Shown: positions 29,192 through 39,289, counted from the first letter of the stretch. The stretch: 64,000 bases of DNA from Promethearchaeota archaeon (GCA_016840165.1 JAEOSU010000032.1:74680-138679); one strand, 5' to 3'. The notes: a model not told the origin generated them from the sequence alone. Made by a program: numbers and translations.

Positions 29192-31276
29192 TTAAGGCTC
29201 CTCCTTGTTTTTATTCACTTTTGTAAAGATACCCATCGGAACTTCAATAAAAAGGGGACGTTTCGTACCTTCATTAATTTGATCAACAGAAACACCCTCC
29301 TCTCTAAATATACGATTTATTAAAGGTGTACACGTTTTTCCTCCACATGCCCCCATACCTACTTTAGTTAAAGCCTTGAGTTCATTAAAATCTCTAACTC
29401 CGTATCGTATCCATTTCCTAATCTCTCCAACACTTACTCGTTCACAACGGCACACAATAATATCATCATCCGTTCTTTGAGATTGGTAAAGATCGATCGA
29501 TTCGTCATAGGTTGCTTTATCGAGCTTAATAGCAGTCGCTATCTTTGCAATATTTTTTGGCAATTTTACCGAAATAAGTTGAGTTTTTGGGAACTCTTTT
29601 AAAATTCGAGAACGAGAAACAGGGAACTTGCCAAGATCACCATCTTCACTCAACACATACAAATTCTGCCCAACTTCTAACTTTTCATCACTTAATTCTA
29701 AGGGAAAGGTGACAGATGGATTATCTTTGTCCTTTCGATAATCTACTAATGTGACTGCTAAACCCGGACAGACAGCTACACATTTTCCACAACCGATACA
29801 TTCTTTATCCCCCATAAAATAAGGCAATTGGGTTATTTGATCGTCAATAGTCTTTATTTGTTCTTGAGGACATACTGTAGTGCAAGGATTGCATGGAATT
29901 TCTTGAGTACAATGAAAGATCGGCATTACTCCTTCTTCTTGTTTAGGTAGTTCGATCATCTTAGGTGAGGGAGGTTTAGCTTTCATTATCTCTGCTTTTC
30001 TCTCTAAATCGGTTAAATTGAAACCATGTGAATATCCCATCTCATTAAGCATTTTTATTGCCTCAATCTTTCCGGTATATATCGCAGCTGAGGCTTCTGC
30101 GATTTCTTGGGCGTCGCCTGCAACCCATACTTTAAATCCAAATTGTATTGCTTTGGAATAAAATTCATCTACGGGATTTAAACCCACGGCTATTAAAATA
30201 GTATCACAAGAAAATGTTTTTTCTGAACCTGAAATTAAATTTCCCTTATCATCTAACTGACTGATAGTAATAGATTCAACCTTATTCTTTCCATTTGCCG
30301 AAATAATTGTATGTTTTGTTAAGATAGGAACCCCTAAATTTCGCAGTTTATCCTCGTGGACTTTATATCCCCCACATTGGGGTAGTGCTTCAATTAAGCC
30401 TACAACGTGAATTCCTGCCTGAATAGCATGGTAACCGGCAATTAGTCCTACGTTACCTCCTCCTACGATGAAGATTTTTTTAGCACATCTAACAAAATCA
30501 CGATTTACGAGGGTTTGAAAGGCGCCTGCACCATAAACTCCTGGTAAGGTATTTCCTGGAAATACCAACATTTTTTCCCGTGCTCCCGTTGCAACTAAAA
30601 GATACTCGGGCTTAATTAGCATATATTCCATGTTTTCCTTTAAAACTCCTACAATTCCATCGCTAAAAACCGCTATTGCCGTTGATTTTAACCATACCTT
30701 CACAGAAGCCAAATTTCTTACTTCTTCACCGAGTATTTGACCTATTTCTATTCCTCGTTTCCCCGCATAAACATCTTCTTGAGATCCGAAAAATTTATGG
30801 GTTTGAAGAACTAATTTTCCTCCTAAATGATTCTTATCATCAATTAAGAGAGTATCAATATTAAATTCCCCTAATATTTTTGCAGCAGATAATCCAGCTG
30901 GGCCCGCTCCAATAATTAAGACCTTATGTTCAACTAATCGAGGATTTCCCGTTTGTGGATTATTATCAACGTCAGGTAACTCCGGTAAACCATTACAAGG
31001 CTCTATTTTCATTTCCTCTTCAAGGAAAGTCATACAGGCTTTAACTGGGATGCCATTTGCTATCACATTACATTGAGAACATTGTCCGTTAGCACAAAAA
31101 ATTCCTTGATCTGCATTATCCTTAGGATGATGTCCAAAAATTTTTATGTTATTGAGAAATAAGGCAGATGATATAACCATTCCCTCAAAAGCAGTTAACT
31201 TCTCACCATTAAATGTGAATGAAATCTTCTTTCTTTTCGGTATCTCTAAAATTGGGTGCTGGCTTATAGTGTCCAT
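29192..31276 (-). CDS. Fused 2Fe-2S / FAD-NAD oxidoreductase / 2x4Fe-4S ferredoxin / BFD-like protein (proline dehydrogenase or sarcosine oxidase alpha-like)
   Basis: FCANGQCSQC; GAGPAG and GGGNVG; CTQEIPCNPCTTVCP and CIGCGKCVAVCP; VCRCERV...GACGGKTC. Confidence 0.85.
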   Translation of the reverse strand: MDTISQHPILEIPKRKKISFTFNGEKLTAFEGMVISSALFLNNIKIFGHHPKDNADQGIFCANGQCSQCNVIANGIPVKACMTFLEEEMKIEPCNGLPELPDVDNNPQTGNPRLVEHKVLIIGAGPAGLSAAKILGEFNIDTLLIDDKNHLGGKLVLQTHKFFGSQEDVYAGKRGIEIGQILGEEVRNLASVKVWLKSTAIAVFSDGIVGVLKENMEYMLIKPEYLLVATGAREKMLVFPGNTLPGVYGAGAFQTLVNRDFVRCAKKIFIVGGGNVGLIAGYHAIQAGIHVVGLIEALPQCGGYKVHEDKLRNLGVPILTKHTIISANGKNKVESITISQLDDKGNLISGSEKTFSCDTILIAVGLNPVDEFYSKAIQFGFKVWVAGDAQEIAEASAAIYTGKIEAIKMLNEMGYSHGFNLTDLERKAEIMKAKPPSPKMIELPKQEEGVMPIFHCTQEIPCNPCTTVCPQEQIKTIDDQITQLPYFMGDKECIGCGKCVAVCPGLAVTLVDYRKDKDNPSVTFPLELSDEKLEVGQNLYVLSEDGDLGKFPVSRSRILKEFPKTQLISVKLPKNIAKIATAIKLDKATYDESIDLYQSQRTDDDIIVCRCERVSVGEIRKWIRYGVRDFNELKALTKVGMGACGGKTCTPLINRIFREEGVSVDQINEGTKRPLFIEVPMGIFTKVNKNKEEP

Positions 31277-31306
31277 TTACAATCGTTTTATTTTCTTATT
31301 TGAAAA

Positions 31307-33487
31307 TTATTGATATGGAGCGATTATATCAATCATATCATCATAACCCAAATCTAATTCCTTTAATTTTTGAATAGTTGGACAACCATTTTTATTCCAA
31401 CCTCTCTCAAAATACACTGCATCCTGTAATTTTGTATATTGTTTTTCCCGATGTTTTCTTAAAATTTTGATCTTTTCTTCTACGTTTTTATTTGAAATAT
31501 CAAATCCAAGTTCTTTTAATTGGCTATCATATCTTTCAATCCGACTATTATATTCTAAAGGGGTCACTGGTCCCATTGCTCGATAGGGAAAGTTGGAATC
31601 GTGTTCTCTTAACCCCTTCCCTTGTCGGATGTTAAAAATCCTTTGAAGGTTATATACCCGTTCAGACATTTTAATTAAATCATCGGGTGCGGATTGACGA
31701 CCAGTTACCGCCGAAAAATATTTTGCGTACCACTTAACGTGATCGGGTACTTTCGCTCGGACTAACTCACCAGTTTCGGGATCTTTTATTGGATAATCTG
31801 CTTGGCTTTCAGGTTGAATGTCATTCCAAGGTAATTTACAAAGTCCACATAAACTAAACCATGTTCGCCAATACGGAAACCACCGCAATGCTCTTGCCTT
31901 ATCCTCAAATGTAGGTATCGATTGACGGATAACATCCTCAAAAATAAGCCAAGCTTCGTCATGTTGGGGCCCTTTATTTGTAAATCCATAACCACCTTGT
32001 TGAGAAAGAGATTCTTTGGTAACATACTCGGAAAACTCTAATCCTTTATGTTCCATTCCAATGTCTTGCAGAAATTGAGGATCAGCATTGTATTTCTCTA
32101 CGAATAGTTTTTTCATTTCTCTTATTCCTTGACCTGCAATAGCTCCAAAATTCTCGTCTCTCGCCATCTGGTGGATTAATTCTACGGCATCTCGTGCATT
32201 TCCGAAATTTAAATCCAAACCTCCTGTGATATCTTTATTTAAAATTCCCGCTTCAAAACATTCCATGACAAACGCGATCCCCGTCCCTACGGATATGGTA
32301 TCAAGACCGTAAGTATCACAATAAAAATTGACCTCTAATACCCATTTAGGATCCCACACTCCCCAATTAGAGCCTACTCCAGCAATTGTCTCATATTCTG
32401 GACCATCAACAATAATTGATTGCCCTTTAAATGGTCCTGTCATTACTTCATACCCTTCTGAATAATGAGAACAACTAACCGTACAGCCTATCCAACAACC
32501 ATCTGCTCCTTCCTTCCCAGAATATATCTCTTTCCATACATCACGTGCATAAGGTATATCTTTACCGGGAATCTCTTTATGTGCTCCATATCGAAAATTT
32601 TCAGTTGGAAGCAGATCTGCTGCATTCATGATATCTGGCAAATGTCCTGTGCCAACCCTTCTCATTTCGTTCTGTTTGGGATCCAACCTAATTACTTCTT
32701 GCGTATGGATTATACCTACTTTTCGAGCCTCTTCTAAATCTGCTGGATTATTTGAACCAATTGTTGCTTTTGGAGAATGGCACACCAAAGCTTTAATATT
32801 TTTATCTGCAAATACAGTACCAATACCTCCGCGTCCTGCTTGTTTACAAGATGCCCAATCTCTTCCCTTTACAAACCAAGAGAAGTTTAATATCCCCCAT
32901 TTTGTATGTTTCGCAGCTGGACCAGTGCTCACCACTGAAACCCGTTGCTTTTCATTTGGATCCTCAGCATATTTATCAGTTAACTGCTGTGTGAGTTCAT
33001 GGGAATATTGAGAATAATTATCGTCCTGCTCCACGGACTCAATCTGAACTACATGGTTGAGGCCATCTATAAAAATGATAACTTCTTCTTCAGATTTCCC
33101 TTGGATCTCTAAGGCATCAAATCCCGAAAATTTCAGATAGGGACCAAAATATCCTCCTACATTAGAATCAATAATAATCCCTGTTAAAGGAGAAATAGTG
33201 GTCACAATTGACTTTCCAGAACCAGGATAGAAAATACTACCACCTAATGGTCCAGAAGAAATACAGATTTCATTCTCAGGATCATCCCATTTAACTATTC
33301 TATCCTTGGGTAAATTATTCCACATTAACCATAAGTCAAACCCTTTGCCACCGATGAATTTATCTTTCATTTTATCCGATACGGTTTTTATTTGGATGTC
33401 TTTCGTGGTTAAGTTAATATATAAGGTTTGATTAGTATATCCTTTTTGAACTTCATCAAATTGATATTCTTTTCTCGCTAAAATCAT
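31307..33487 (-). CDS. Tungsten aldehyde:ferredoxin oxidoreductase family protein
   Basis: FIGGKG, DSNVGG, AGRGGIG, GCWIGCTVSC, DGPEYET, DTYGLDTIS, GLCKLPW, YFERGW. Confidence 0.88.
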   Translation of the reverse strand: MILARKEYQFDEVQKGYTNQTLYINLTTKDIQIKTVSDKMKDKFIGGKGFDLWLMWNNLPKDRIVKWDDPENEICISSGPLGGSIFYPGSGKSIVTTISPLTGIIIDSNVGGYFGPYLKFSGFDALEIQGKSEEEVIIFIDGLNHVVQIESVEQDDNYSQYSHELTQQLTDKYAEDPNEKQRVSVVSTGPAAKHTKWGILNFSWFVKGRDWASCKQAGRGGIGTVFADKNIKALVCHSPKATIGSNNPADLEEARKVGIIHTQEVIRLDPKQNEMRRVGTGHLPDIMNAADLLPTENFRYGAHKEIPGKDIPYARDVWKEIYSGKEGADGCWIGCTVSCSHYSEGYEVMTGPFKGQSIIVDGPEYETIAGVGSNWGVWDPKWVLEVNFYCDTYGLDTISVGTGIAFVMECFEAGILNKDITGGLDLNFGNARDAVELIHQMARDENFGAIAGQGIREMKKLFVEKYNADPQFLQDIGMEHKGLEFSEYVTKESLSQQGGYGFTNKGPQHDEAWLIFEDVIRQSIPTFEDKARALRWFPYWRTWFSLCGLCKLPWNDIQPESQADYPIKDPETGELVRAKVPDHVKWYAKYFSAVTGRQSAPDDLIKMSERVYNLQRIFNIRQGKGLREHDSNFPYRAMGPVTPLEYNSRIERYDSQLKELGFDISNKNVEEKIKILRKHREKQYTKLQDAVYFERGWNKNGCPTIQKLKELDLGYDDMIDIIAPYQ

Positions 33488-33570
33488 GAAAACACACCAT
33501 TGGTGAGGTATCTTATCCTCACGTTTAATAAAAGGGTTAATAGTATTGAAACCCTCATAAATATAAAAAA

Positions 33571-34914
33571 TTACTTATTAAGGAATTTTTGAATAAAATC
33601 ATCTAATACCTTTTCAATAGTCGGTTCTTTTACCGGCTCAATATCATAAGATACTTTAACAATTGGTTTATTCACATTTACTAACTTTTTCAAATCGATA
33701 GGACTTCCATTTAAAATTATATCCGCTTTTACCTTGTTAAGGGTTTTTTCTAAATCTTCGATCTGCTGATCAGTGTAACCCATTGCTGGCACGATTTCGG
33801 TAATTTGAGGAAATTCCTCATAAACATCTTTCATAGAACCTGCTAAATATGGTCGCGGATCTACAATTTTAGCTCCGGCATTCTTTGCAGCTACATAAGC
33901 GGCGCCTATTGCCATCCCTCCGTGTGTGAGCGTTGGACCATCCTCCACCACGACCACCTTCTTTCCTTTCAGCTTGAGTGGGTCTTCAGCTTTCACCACG
34001 GAATTTGTATATATGCGAATTGCATCCGGATTCAACTCTTGGAGATTCTTTTCGACAATCGCAACATCTTCTGGTTTCGCACTATTCATTTTATTGATAA
34101 CAAAGGCATCTGCATATCGTGTATTGACCTCTCCGGGATGATATTTATTTTCGTGTCCTGGTCTTAAGGGATCAACGACAATAAACAAAAGATCGGTAAT
34201 ATAGAATGAAATTTCATTATTTCCTCCATCAAATATTATGACATCCGCTTCTTTTTCTGCTTCTCTGACAATCTTCTCATAATCTACCCCTGAATAAATA
34301 ACAAGTCCTTGTCGGATATAAGGCTCATACTCCTCACGCTCCTCTATAGTACAATCATATTTATCTAAATCCTCATATTTCTCAAATCGCATAACGTTTT
34401 GCTGAACTAAATCTCCATAGGGCATAGGTTCTCTTATAGCAACTACTTTATATCCCTTCGATTTTAGATATCTGTATACTGCTCTTGATACCTGACTTTT
34501 GCCGCATCCTGTCCGTACCGCACATACTGCAATAACTGGTTTATTTGCTTTTAGTTGCGTAAATCGACCGGAAATGAGACGATAATCAGCACCTGCACTC
34601 AACGCACGAGATGCTTTATGCATAACCTCCTCATGTGAAACATCAGAATAAGCAAAAACAACTTGGTCAACATTATGTAATTTTATTGCTTGTTCTAATG
34701 CTTCCTCTGGTATCATGGGAATTCCTTTTGGGTATAATTTTCCAGCTAATTCAGCAGGAAATTTTCTTTCAACGTCCTCTGTGGTACCAACGTTCTGTTC
34801 ACCTGCGATTGTGAAGGCGACAACCTCGTATTCTTCATTATCTTTAAAGACTGTGTTAAAAACATGGAAATCCATCCCTAAAGCTCCTATAATTATAACC
34901 TTTTTCTTCATCAT
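33571..34914 (-). CDS. arcE: cDPG-synthetase-like P-loop protein, probable arginine synthetase
   Basis: MDFHVFN, AYSDV, AVRTGCGKSQ (P-loop), EPMPYGDL, TIEEREEYEP, DGGNN, VEDGPTLTHGGM, PAMGY. arcB, arcC and rocD are nearby and there is no arcA in the window. Confidence 0.78.
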   Translation of the reverse strand: MMKKKVIIIGALGMDFHVFNTVFKDNEEYEVVAFTIAGEQNVGTTEDVERKFPAELAGKLYPKGIPMIPEEALEQAIKLHNVDQVVFAYSDVSHEEVMHKASRALSAGADYRLISGRFTQLKANKPVIAVCAVRTGCGKSQVSRAVYRYLKSKGYKVVAIREPMPYGDLVQQNVMRFEKYEDLDKYDCTIEEREEYEPYIRQGLVIYSGVDYEKIVREAEKEADVIIFDGGNNEISFYITDLLFIVVDPLRPGHENKYHPGEVNTRYADAFVINKMNSAKPEDVAIVEKNLQELNPDAIRIYTNSVVKAEDPLKLKGKKVVVVEDGPTLTHGGMAIGAAYVAAKNAGAKIVDPRPYLAGSMKDVYEEFPQITEIVPAMGYTDQQIEDLEKTLNKVKADIILNGSPIDLKKLVNVNKPIVKVSYDIEPVKEPTIEKVLDDFIQKFLNK

Positions 34915-35217
34915 ATAAAACCTTTAAAATACTAACTGTAATCGATCAAAATATTTAATTTGGGAATTGTTATTAAGCTTATTGATTCGAATTTGGGGAA
35001 TTATAACCCATCTTAGAATTTTCTAATAATAATTACCTCAATGTGATTTGAGTCAATCAACCCAAGCCTACACATGTCTTTGGTAAATTAATTGCGGTAT
35101 TAAAATCGCACTTAAAATAAAAAGTAATTTAAACGACAATATATTCGCAAAATATAGGGAGGTAAAAATCACTAGAATCATTTTTAGTGATAAATATATA
35201 TATTAAGAGGAAATATT

Positions 35218-35739
35218 ATGAAAGAAGTACCTGATTATGAAAAGTATCCGATTAGCGAGGAAGAAATGGGAAAGCGCTATAAGAATTGGACAAAAGCCTT
35301 AGCTCAGATGGCAGTGTTGCTTTATACAGTAGGTAAGGAAGTCGGAGGCGAAAAATTCGTCGAAAGACTTAAGGAAGAAAATCGAGAAAGAGGTAAGAGA
35401 GATGCGGCAACAATAATGAAAATAGTGGGTTGTAAACCAGAAGATTTCAAGGATTGCATGAAGATTCCCAAGATGGTTGATTTCATAGATGATAGATATG
35501 CGAATTTCTGGGATGGGTATATTGAAAACACGCCTAAAGCTTTTGAAAAAGCACTCTTTACTTGTCCGGTTACCGAACCATGGTCGATGGAACCTGATCT
35601 TTGTGAAGTATTAATTGGTGAGTCTCTTAAAAGCTTTGCCAAAGCATTAAACCCGAAGTTTAAAACTGAAGGATTTACAAAATTACTCACTAAGGGTGAT
35701 AAGTGCTGCCGATACAGAATTGAATTGCAGGAGGACTAA
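35218..35739 (+). CDS. ATC-hydrolase/V4R-like small Cys protein
   Basis: TCP...DLCEV...LNP.....TKLLTKGDKCCRY pattern. Confidence 0.6.
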   Translation: MKEVPDYEKYPISEEEMGKRYKNWTKALAQMAVLLYTVGKEVGGEKFVERLKEENRERGKRDAATIMKIVGCKPEDFKDCMKIPKMVDFIDDRYANFWDGYIENTPKAFEKALFTCPVTEPWSMEPDLCEVLIGESLKSFAKALNPKFKTEGFTKLLTKGDKCCRYRIELQED

Positions 35740-35784
35740 ATTTTTAACTAAATTAGTAAAAAAAGAGAATGATCTGGAAGAAGA

Positions 35785-38184
35785 TCATTCATTTAAAATT
35801 TTATTAAGTGTTTCTATCGCATTTTCTTTAATCGATTTTGAGGTCATTTTCTTTATGGTTTTTGCCATCATTTTATAGGCTCCCGAGACTTCAATCTCTA
35901 TTTCAACGATAAGACCAATACCTGACTCAATCTCTTCAAAACTTAGAGTATAAAAAGTTGTACCGGCAGAAGGAACGACTTCAAATTTCGTGGAATGTTC
36001 GGTTCTTGGGCCAATCTCATTAGTTGATATCTCTACTCCCCGAACCACTGTAGTATGTTTTCCAATTGCATCAAAGAACATATCTACTACCTCTTGAAAA
36101 TTGACCGGTATTTCTTTTATTTCAAAGATTAATTCTTTTTCTCCGGCTTCTTCCTTTTTCCTTTCTTTTCCTGTCACTACTACCCTCACACGATCAATAT
36201 TCTGGACCCGTGCATGAGGAATATTTGGATTGCCTTCTCTATGCGAGCTTACACGAATCGTTGGGAAGTAGGTACCAGGTTCCGAAAAAGTATAAGTAGT
36301 TTTTACTTCTACATCAGTACTCTTAGTGTCTTTGAGGTTCTCATGTATTGGATAGTCCCCAGTACCTTCGAAGTCCCATTCTGCATCAACTATTGAACCT
36401 GCATCTGGTGGTGTTTCAATCACTGCAGAAAACTTAAATTTTTTTCCGACCTTGGCTTCTGCCCGCTTACCTCCATTTACTTTAAGATTAACCACTGGTT
36501 GGATCCCCTTACGTTCCGAAGCAGTCGAAGGCACTTCTACTTGGGCATCCACTACTTTATATTCAGTACTTGCTGGAGGTGCCACGCCTTTTTCGACCCA
36601 TGCGCTCAAATCGCGTAGGGCTTGTTGCAAAACACCACCGTAATTGATCACTCGTGTAGTTATTACTGGAGGAGTATCAAACTGCGTAACCACAGGTGGT
36701 ACATGCATTGCATGATCAATGTACCAGAGCCGGTAGGTATCGTCAAACTTATCTCCTAGTGTCTTTTTTATTCTCGAGCGATACCATTCGGCACCCCATG
36801 GATAGGCGATTTCATCCATCAGCATATTTACTACAATCATCTTACCATCAAATTGACCGCTTAAGCGTGCAACAGTACTTTTCGAATAACGAGTACATAA
36901 TAACTCGTCGCGTTGTGGGTATATTGGTTTACCATCATGATCTCGAAATTGTTCATAACCATAATAATCAGGTGAGGGAATTTGGTGACGATGGTAAGTT
37001 TGAGCAGCAAGGTACACAGAGTTGTCTATCTCTACTTTATCACCTGCTTTAACTTTTGCCAATTCTTTAAAATGTTCCTCTCCGAAAGCAATCATGATGA
37101 ATTTTTCAAACGCTCCAGCAATATAGACTACACAGCCCTCAGCCTCACCACTCTTCAAGATTAATGAAGCTCCTTGAAAATCTTTATCCGGTAAATCCTC
37201 CATCACAAACCCTGCTGGTACTTTTATCTCACTCTTACTCCCCGCAGATAAAGTTAGACTAAATCCCATTTCCTTCAAATCTTCGGGGAAGATTAATTTG
37301 TTGATCTTTGTTTCGTGCTGAACTCTGGCATTTAGGAGGGACTCGGGTGCCTTTGCACCAAGATATCCCGGTTTATTCCAAAAATCCTCAAAGTAGGTAG
37401 GATCCCATTTGACCATTTGATCAAAAAACATGGTTAAAACTCCCGTATACCCAAATGCGATCCTTCTGTAATTAAACCAAGCACGTGGTGGAAATCCCAT
37501 TTTAGTCACTTCAGTGAGCGCTTCTTGTTCTTCGGCATTTAAGCCAGCATAAATATCACCACTACCACCTGGTTCCATTGCATCGATAATACCAGACATT
37601 TTATCTTTTAATATACGCATCGCATGAGCTTGCACCGTAAAATTATTGGGTATAGCTATCGGTGTTGCGTGAATAAAAGGCACAGCACCATCCCAAACAC
37701 CTTTCGTGTTTTCCACACAAGCAATCGTTTTAAACGCCCCACCACTTCCACCATAAACATAACCAAAAGGGCGATGGGGGCCATACATTTCAGAAGCTAA
37801 AACACGCGAATACTTCGCTACTGCCGCACTAGCCCGATAAGCGGTGATGGTCGGATCATCCCCTACAAACATGTTTAGTCTCCCTAAATTTGATTCTACA
37901 AGATATGCGCCACTCTCGATAGCGAATCCTAATGAATAGCTGGGATCAGGATACTCTGGGTTCTGAACAGCATTCTCGTTTCCCGATATCGCCATAAGAT
38001 ATTGGAAAAACCGACCGTCATATTGTTCCGTTGGGGGGAAGTAGATTGAGAATCGAGTATCGGTACCCTTAAAACCACCATGGATATATCGATGACGTAC
38101 TGGATTGTCACGCCACTCATCAATATCTATGTACGGCTCAGTGAAAAGAGGATCATCTAAATCAATAGGTTTATTTGATTCTAT
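35785..38184 (-). CDS. Tannase-like alpha/beta hydrolase with PKD-like domain and C-terminal extension; probable non-AUG start
   Basis: YGGSGG nucleophile elbow; WDFEGTGDY...TYTFSEPGTYF (PKD-like). The frame is open for 63-65 more codons upstream of ATG 37995, up to an in-frame TGA at 38191-38193. Confidence 0.7.
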   Translation of the reverse strand: MESNKPIDLDDPLFTEPYIDIDEWRDNPVRHRYIHGGFKGTDTRFSIYFPPTEQYDGRFFQYLMAISGNENAVQNPEYPDPSYSLGFAIESGAYLVESNLGRLNMFVGDDPTITAYRASAAVAKYSRVLASEMYGPHRPFGYVYGGSGGAFKTIACVENTKGVWDGAVPFIHATPIAIPNNFTVQAHAMRILKDKMSGIIDAMEPGGSGDIYAGLNAEEQEALTEVTKMGFPPRAWFNYRRIAFGYTGVLTMFFDQMVKWDPTYFEDFWNKPGYLGAKAPESLLNARVQHETKINKLIFPEDLKEMGFSLTLSAGSKSEIKVPAGFVMEDLPDKDFQGASLILKSGEAEGCVVYIAGAFEKFIMIAFGEEHFKELAKVKAGDKVEIDNSVYLAAQTYHRHQIPSPDYYGYEQFRDHDGKPIYPQRDELLCTRYSKSTVARLSGQFDGKMIVVNMLMDEIAYPWGAEWYRSRIKKTLGDKFDDTYRLWYIDHAMHVPPVVTQFDTPPVITTRVINYGGVLQQALRDLSAWVEKGVAPPASTEYKVVDAQVEVPSTASERKGIQPVVNLKVNGGKRAEAKVGKKFKFSAVIETPPDAGSIVDAEWDFEGTGDYPIHENLKDTKSTDVEVKTTYTFSEPGTYFPTIRVSSHREGNPNIPHARVQNIDRVRVVVTGKERKKEEAGEKELIFEIKEIPVNFQEVVDMFFDAIGKHTTVVRGVEISTNEIGPRTEHSTKFEVVPSAGTTFYTLSFEEIESGIGLIVEIEIEVSGAYKMMAKTIKKMTSKSIKENAIETLNKILNE

Positions 38185-38276
38185 TTTAATTCACCTTCTT
38201 AAATATTTATTTTAAAATTTTTAATTCATTTTTATCTCAACTTTAGTAATTTGGTTTTTTATAAGTCTAAATCTAG

Positions 38277-39086
38277 TTAATTCTTGTTTACATAATCCAA
38301 AAAAGCTTTTACTATAAAGTGAAATCTGGGATCACTGACAACACTAATATGGTCTTTTCCTTCGATTTGGATATGACAAGAACCTGGTACTAATTGAGCT
38401 AAAACGGATTTATCTTTTGCTAAGCGATCCTTAGATCCAAAAACAGTCAGAACTGGCACATTGATATTTTTAAGAGCTTCTTTCCTTTTGGAATCAGTTG
38501 GGATTATACCGTCGGGACGTTGAATATCCCCCTCTAAAACATATATTAATGCTTCAAGATCTTGGGAGTTAGAATCTGTATAAGTTGATATTACTTTTCG
38601 GAATCTTAATGCACTTTTATTTTTTACATCATTAATATCTGCTTTTTTTAAACCCTTTATCCATTTTTTCATCATTATTTTACCAATAAATTTTGTTCTT
38701 TTTTTGGAATAATGGAGTGGGAATCCTCCAATAATCGCACTAATAAAAAGTTCTTGATTTTCAATTAAAATATCTGTGGTAATTCTTGCCCCCATAGAAT
38801 ATCCAAAAAAATTAGCCTTCTTGATAGATAAATGATCAAGTAATTTAACAATATCATCATTTATCTTTTCTCCATACTGATCAGCATCTTTAGGCTTATC
38901 ACTTTTTCCATGTCCACGACAATCCACAAGTATTAATTGATAATCTTCCTTTAGAACATCTACCCAATTGCTATCTTTCCAATTACCTTGGATGTTTGCG
39001 GCAAATCCATGAATCATTATCACAGGTGGCCCTTCCCCTTCAATTTCATAATATATTTTAATTCCTTCATTATCAAAATATGGCAT
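38277..39086 (-). CDS. Alpha/beta hydrolase
   Basis: IHGF, DCRGHGKS, GYSMG, GSKD, DH. Confidence 0.88.
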   Translation of the reverse strand: MPYFDNEGIKIYYEIEGEGPPVIMIHGFAANIQGNWKDSNWVDVLKEDYQLILVDCRGHGKSDKPKDADQYGEKINDDIVKLLDHLSIKKANFFGYSMGARITTDILIENQELFISAIIGGFPLHYSKKRTKFIGKIMMKKWIKGLKKADINDVKNKSALRFRKVISTYTDSNSQDLEALIYVLEGDIQRPDGIIPTDSKRKEALKNINVPVLTVFGSKDRLAKDKSVLAQLVPGSCHIQIEGKDHISVVSDPRFHFIVKAFLDYVNKN

Positions 39087-39289
39087 TTTTAATGACTCTT
39101 TTAAATTATGTAAAATTTTTTTCTATACTATTTCATGATTAAATTAACCAAGATTTTAGTTTTCAATCACATCTTTAATTAGCTAATTGTAAAAAACCAT
39201 AAAGTTAAAAAAAAAATTATTTTTTTTTATTTAATAAACTTAAGCTTGAATATTCAAGTTTTTAAAATTACTTAATACTTCACTATCAA

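Noticed and set aside
33571-34914. Generic GTPase or cyclic 2,3-diphosphoglycerate synthetase
   Set aside because: No 2-phosphoglycerate kinase in the window; the OTC/CK/RocD context favours ArcE, although this is not proven.
35052-35085. GTCAATCAACCCAAGCCTA resembling the 5' end of IscB/HEARO omega-RNA elements
   Set aside because: The complementary hairpin arm is missing and no iscB/tnpB ORF or remnant follows.
35168-35191. Inverted repeat ATCACTA-N10-TAGTGAT upstream of ORF 35218
   Set aside because: Single 7-bp arm pair with no nearby cognate regulator; cannot be distinguished from chance.
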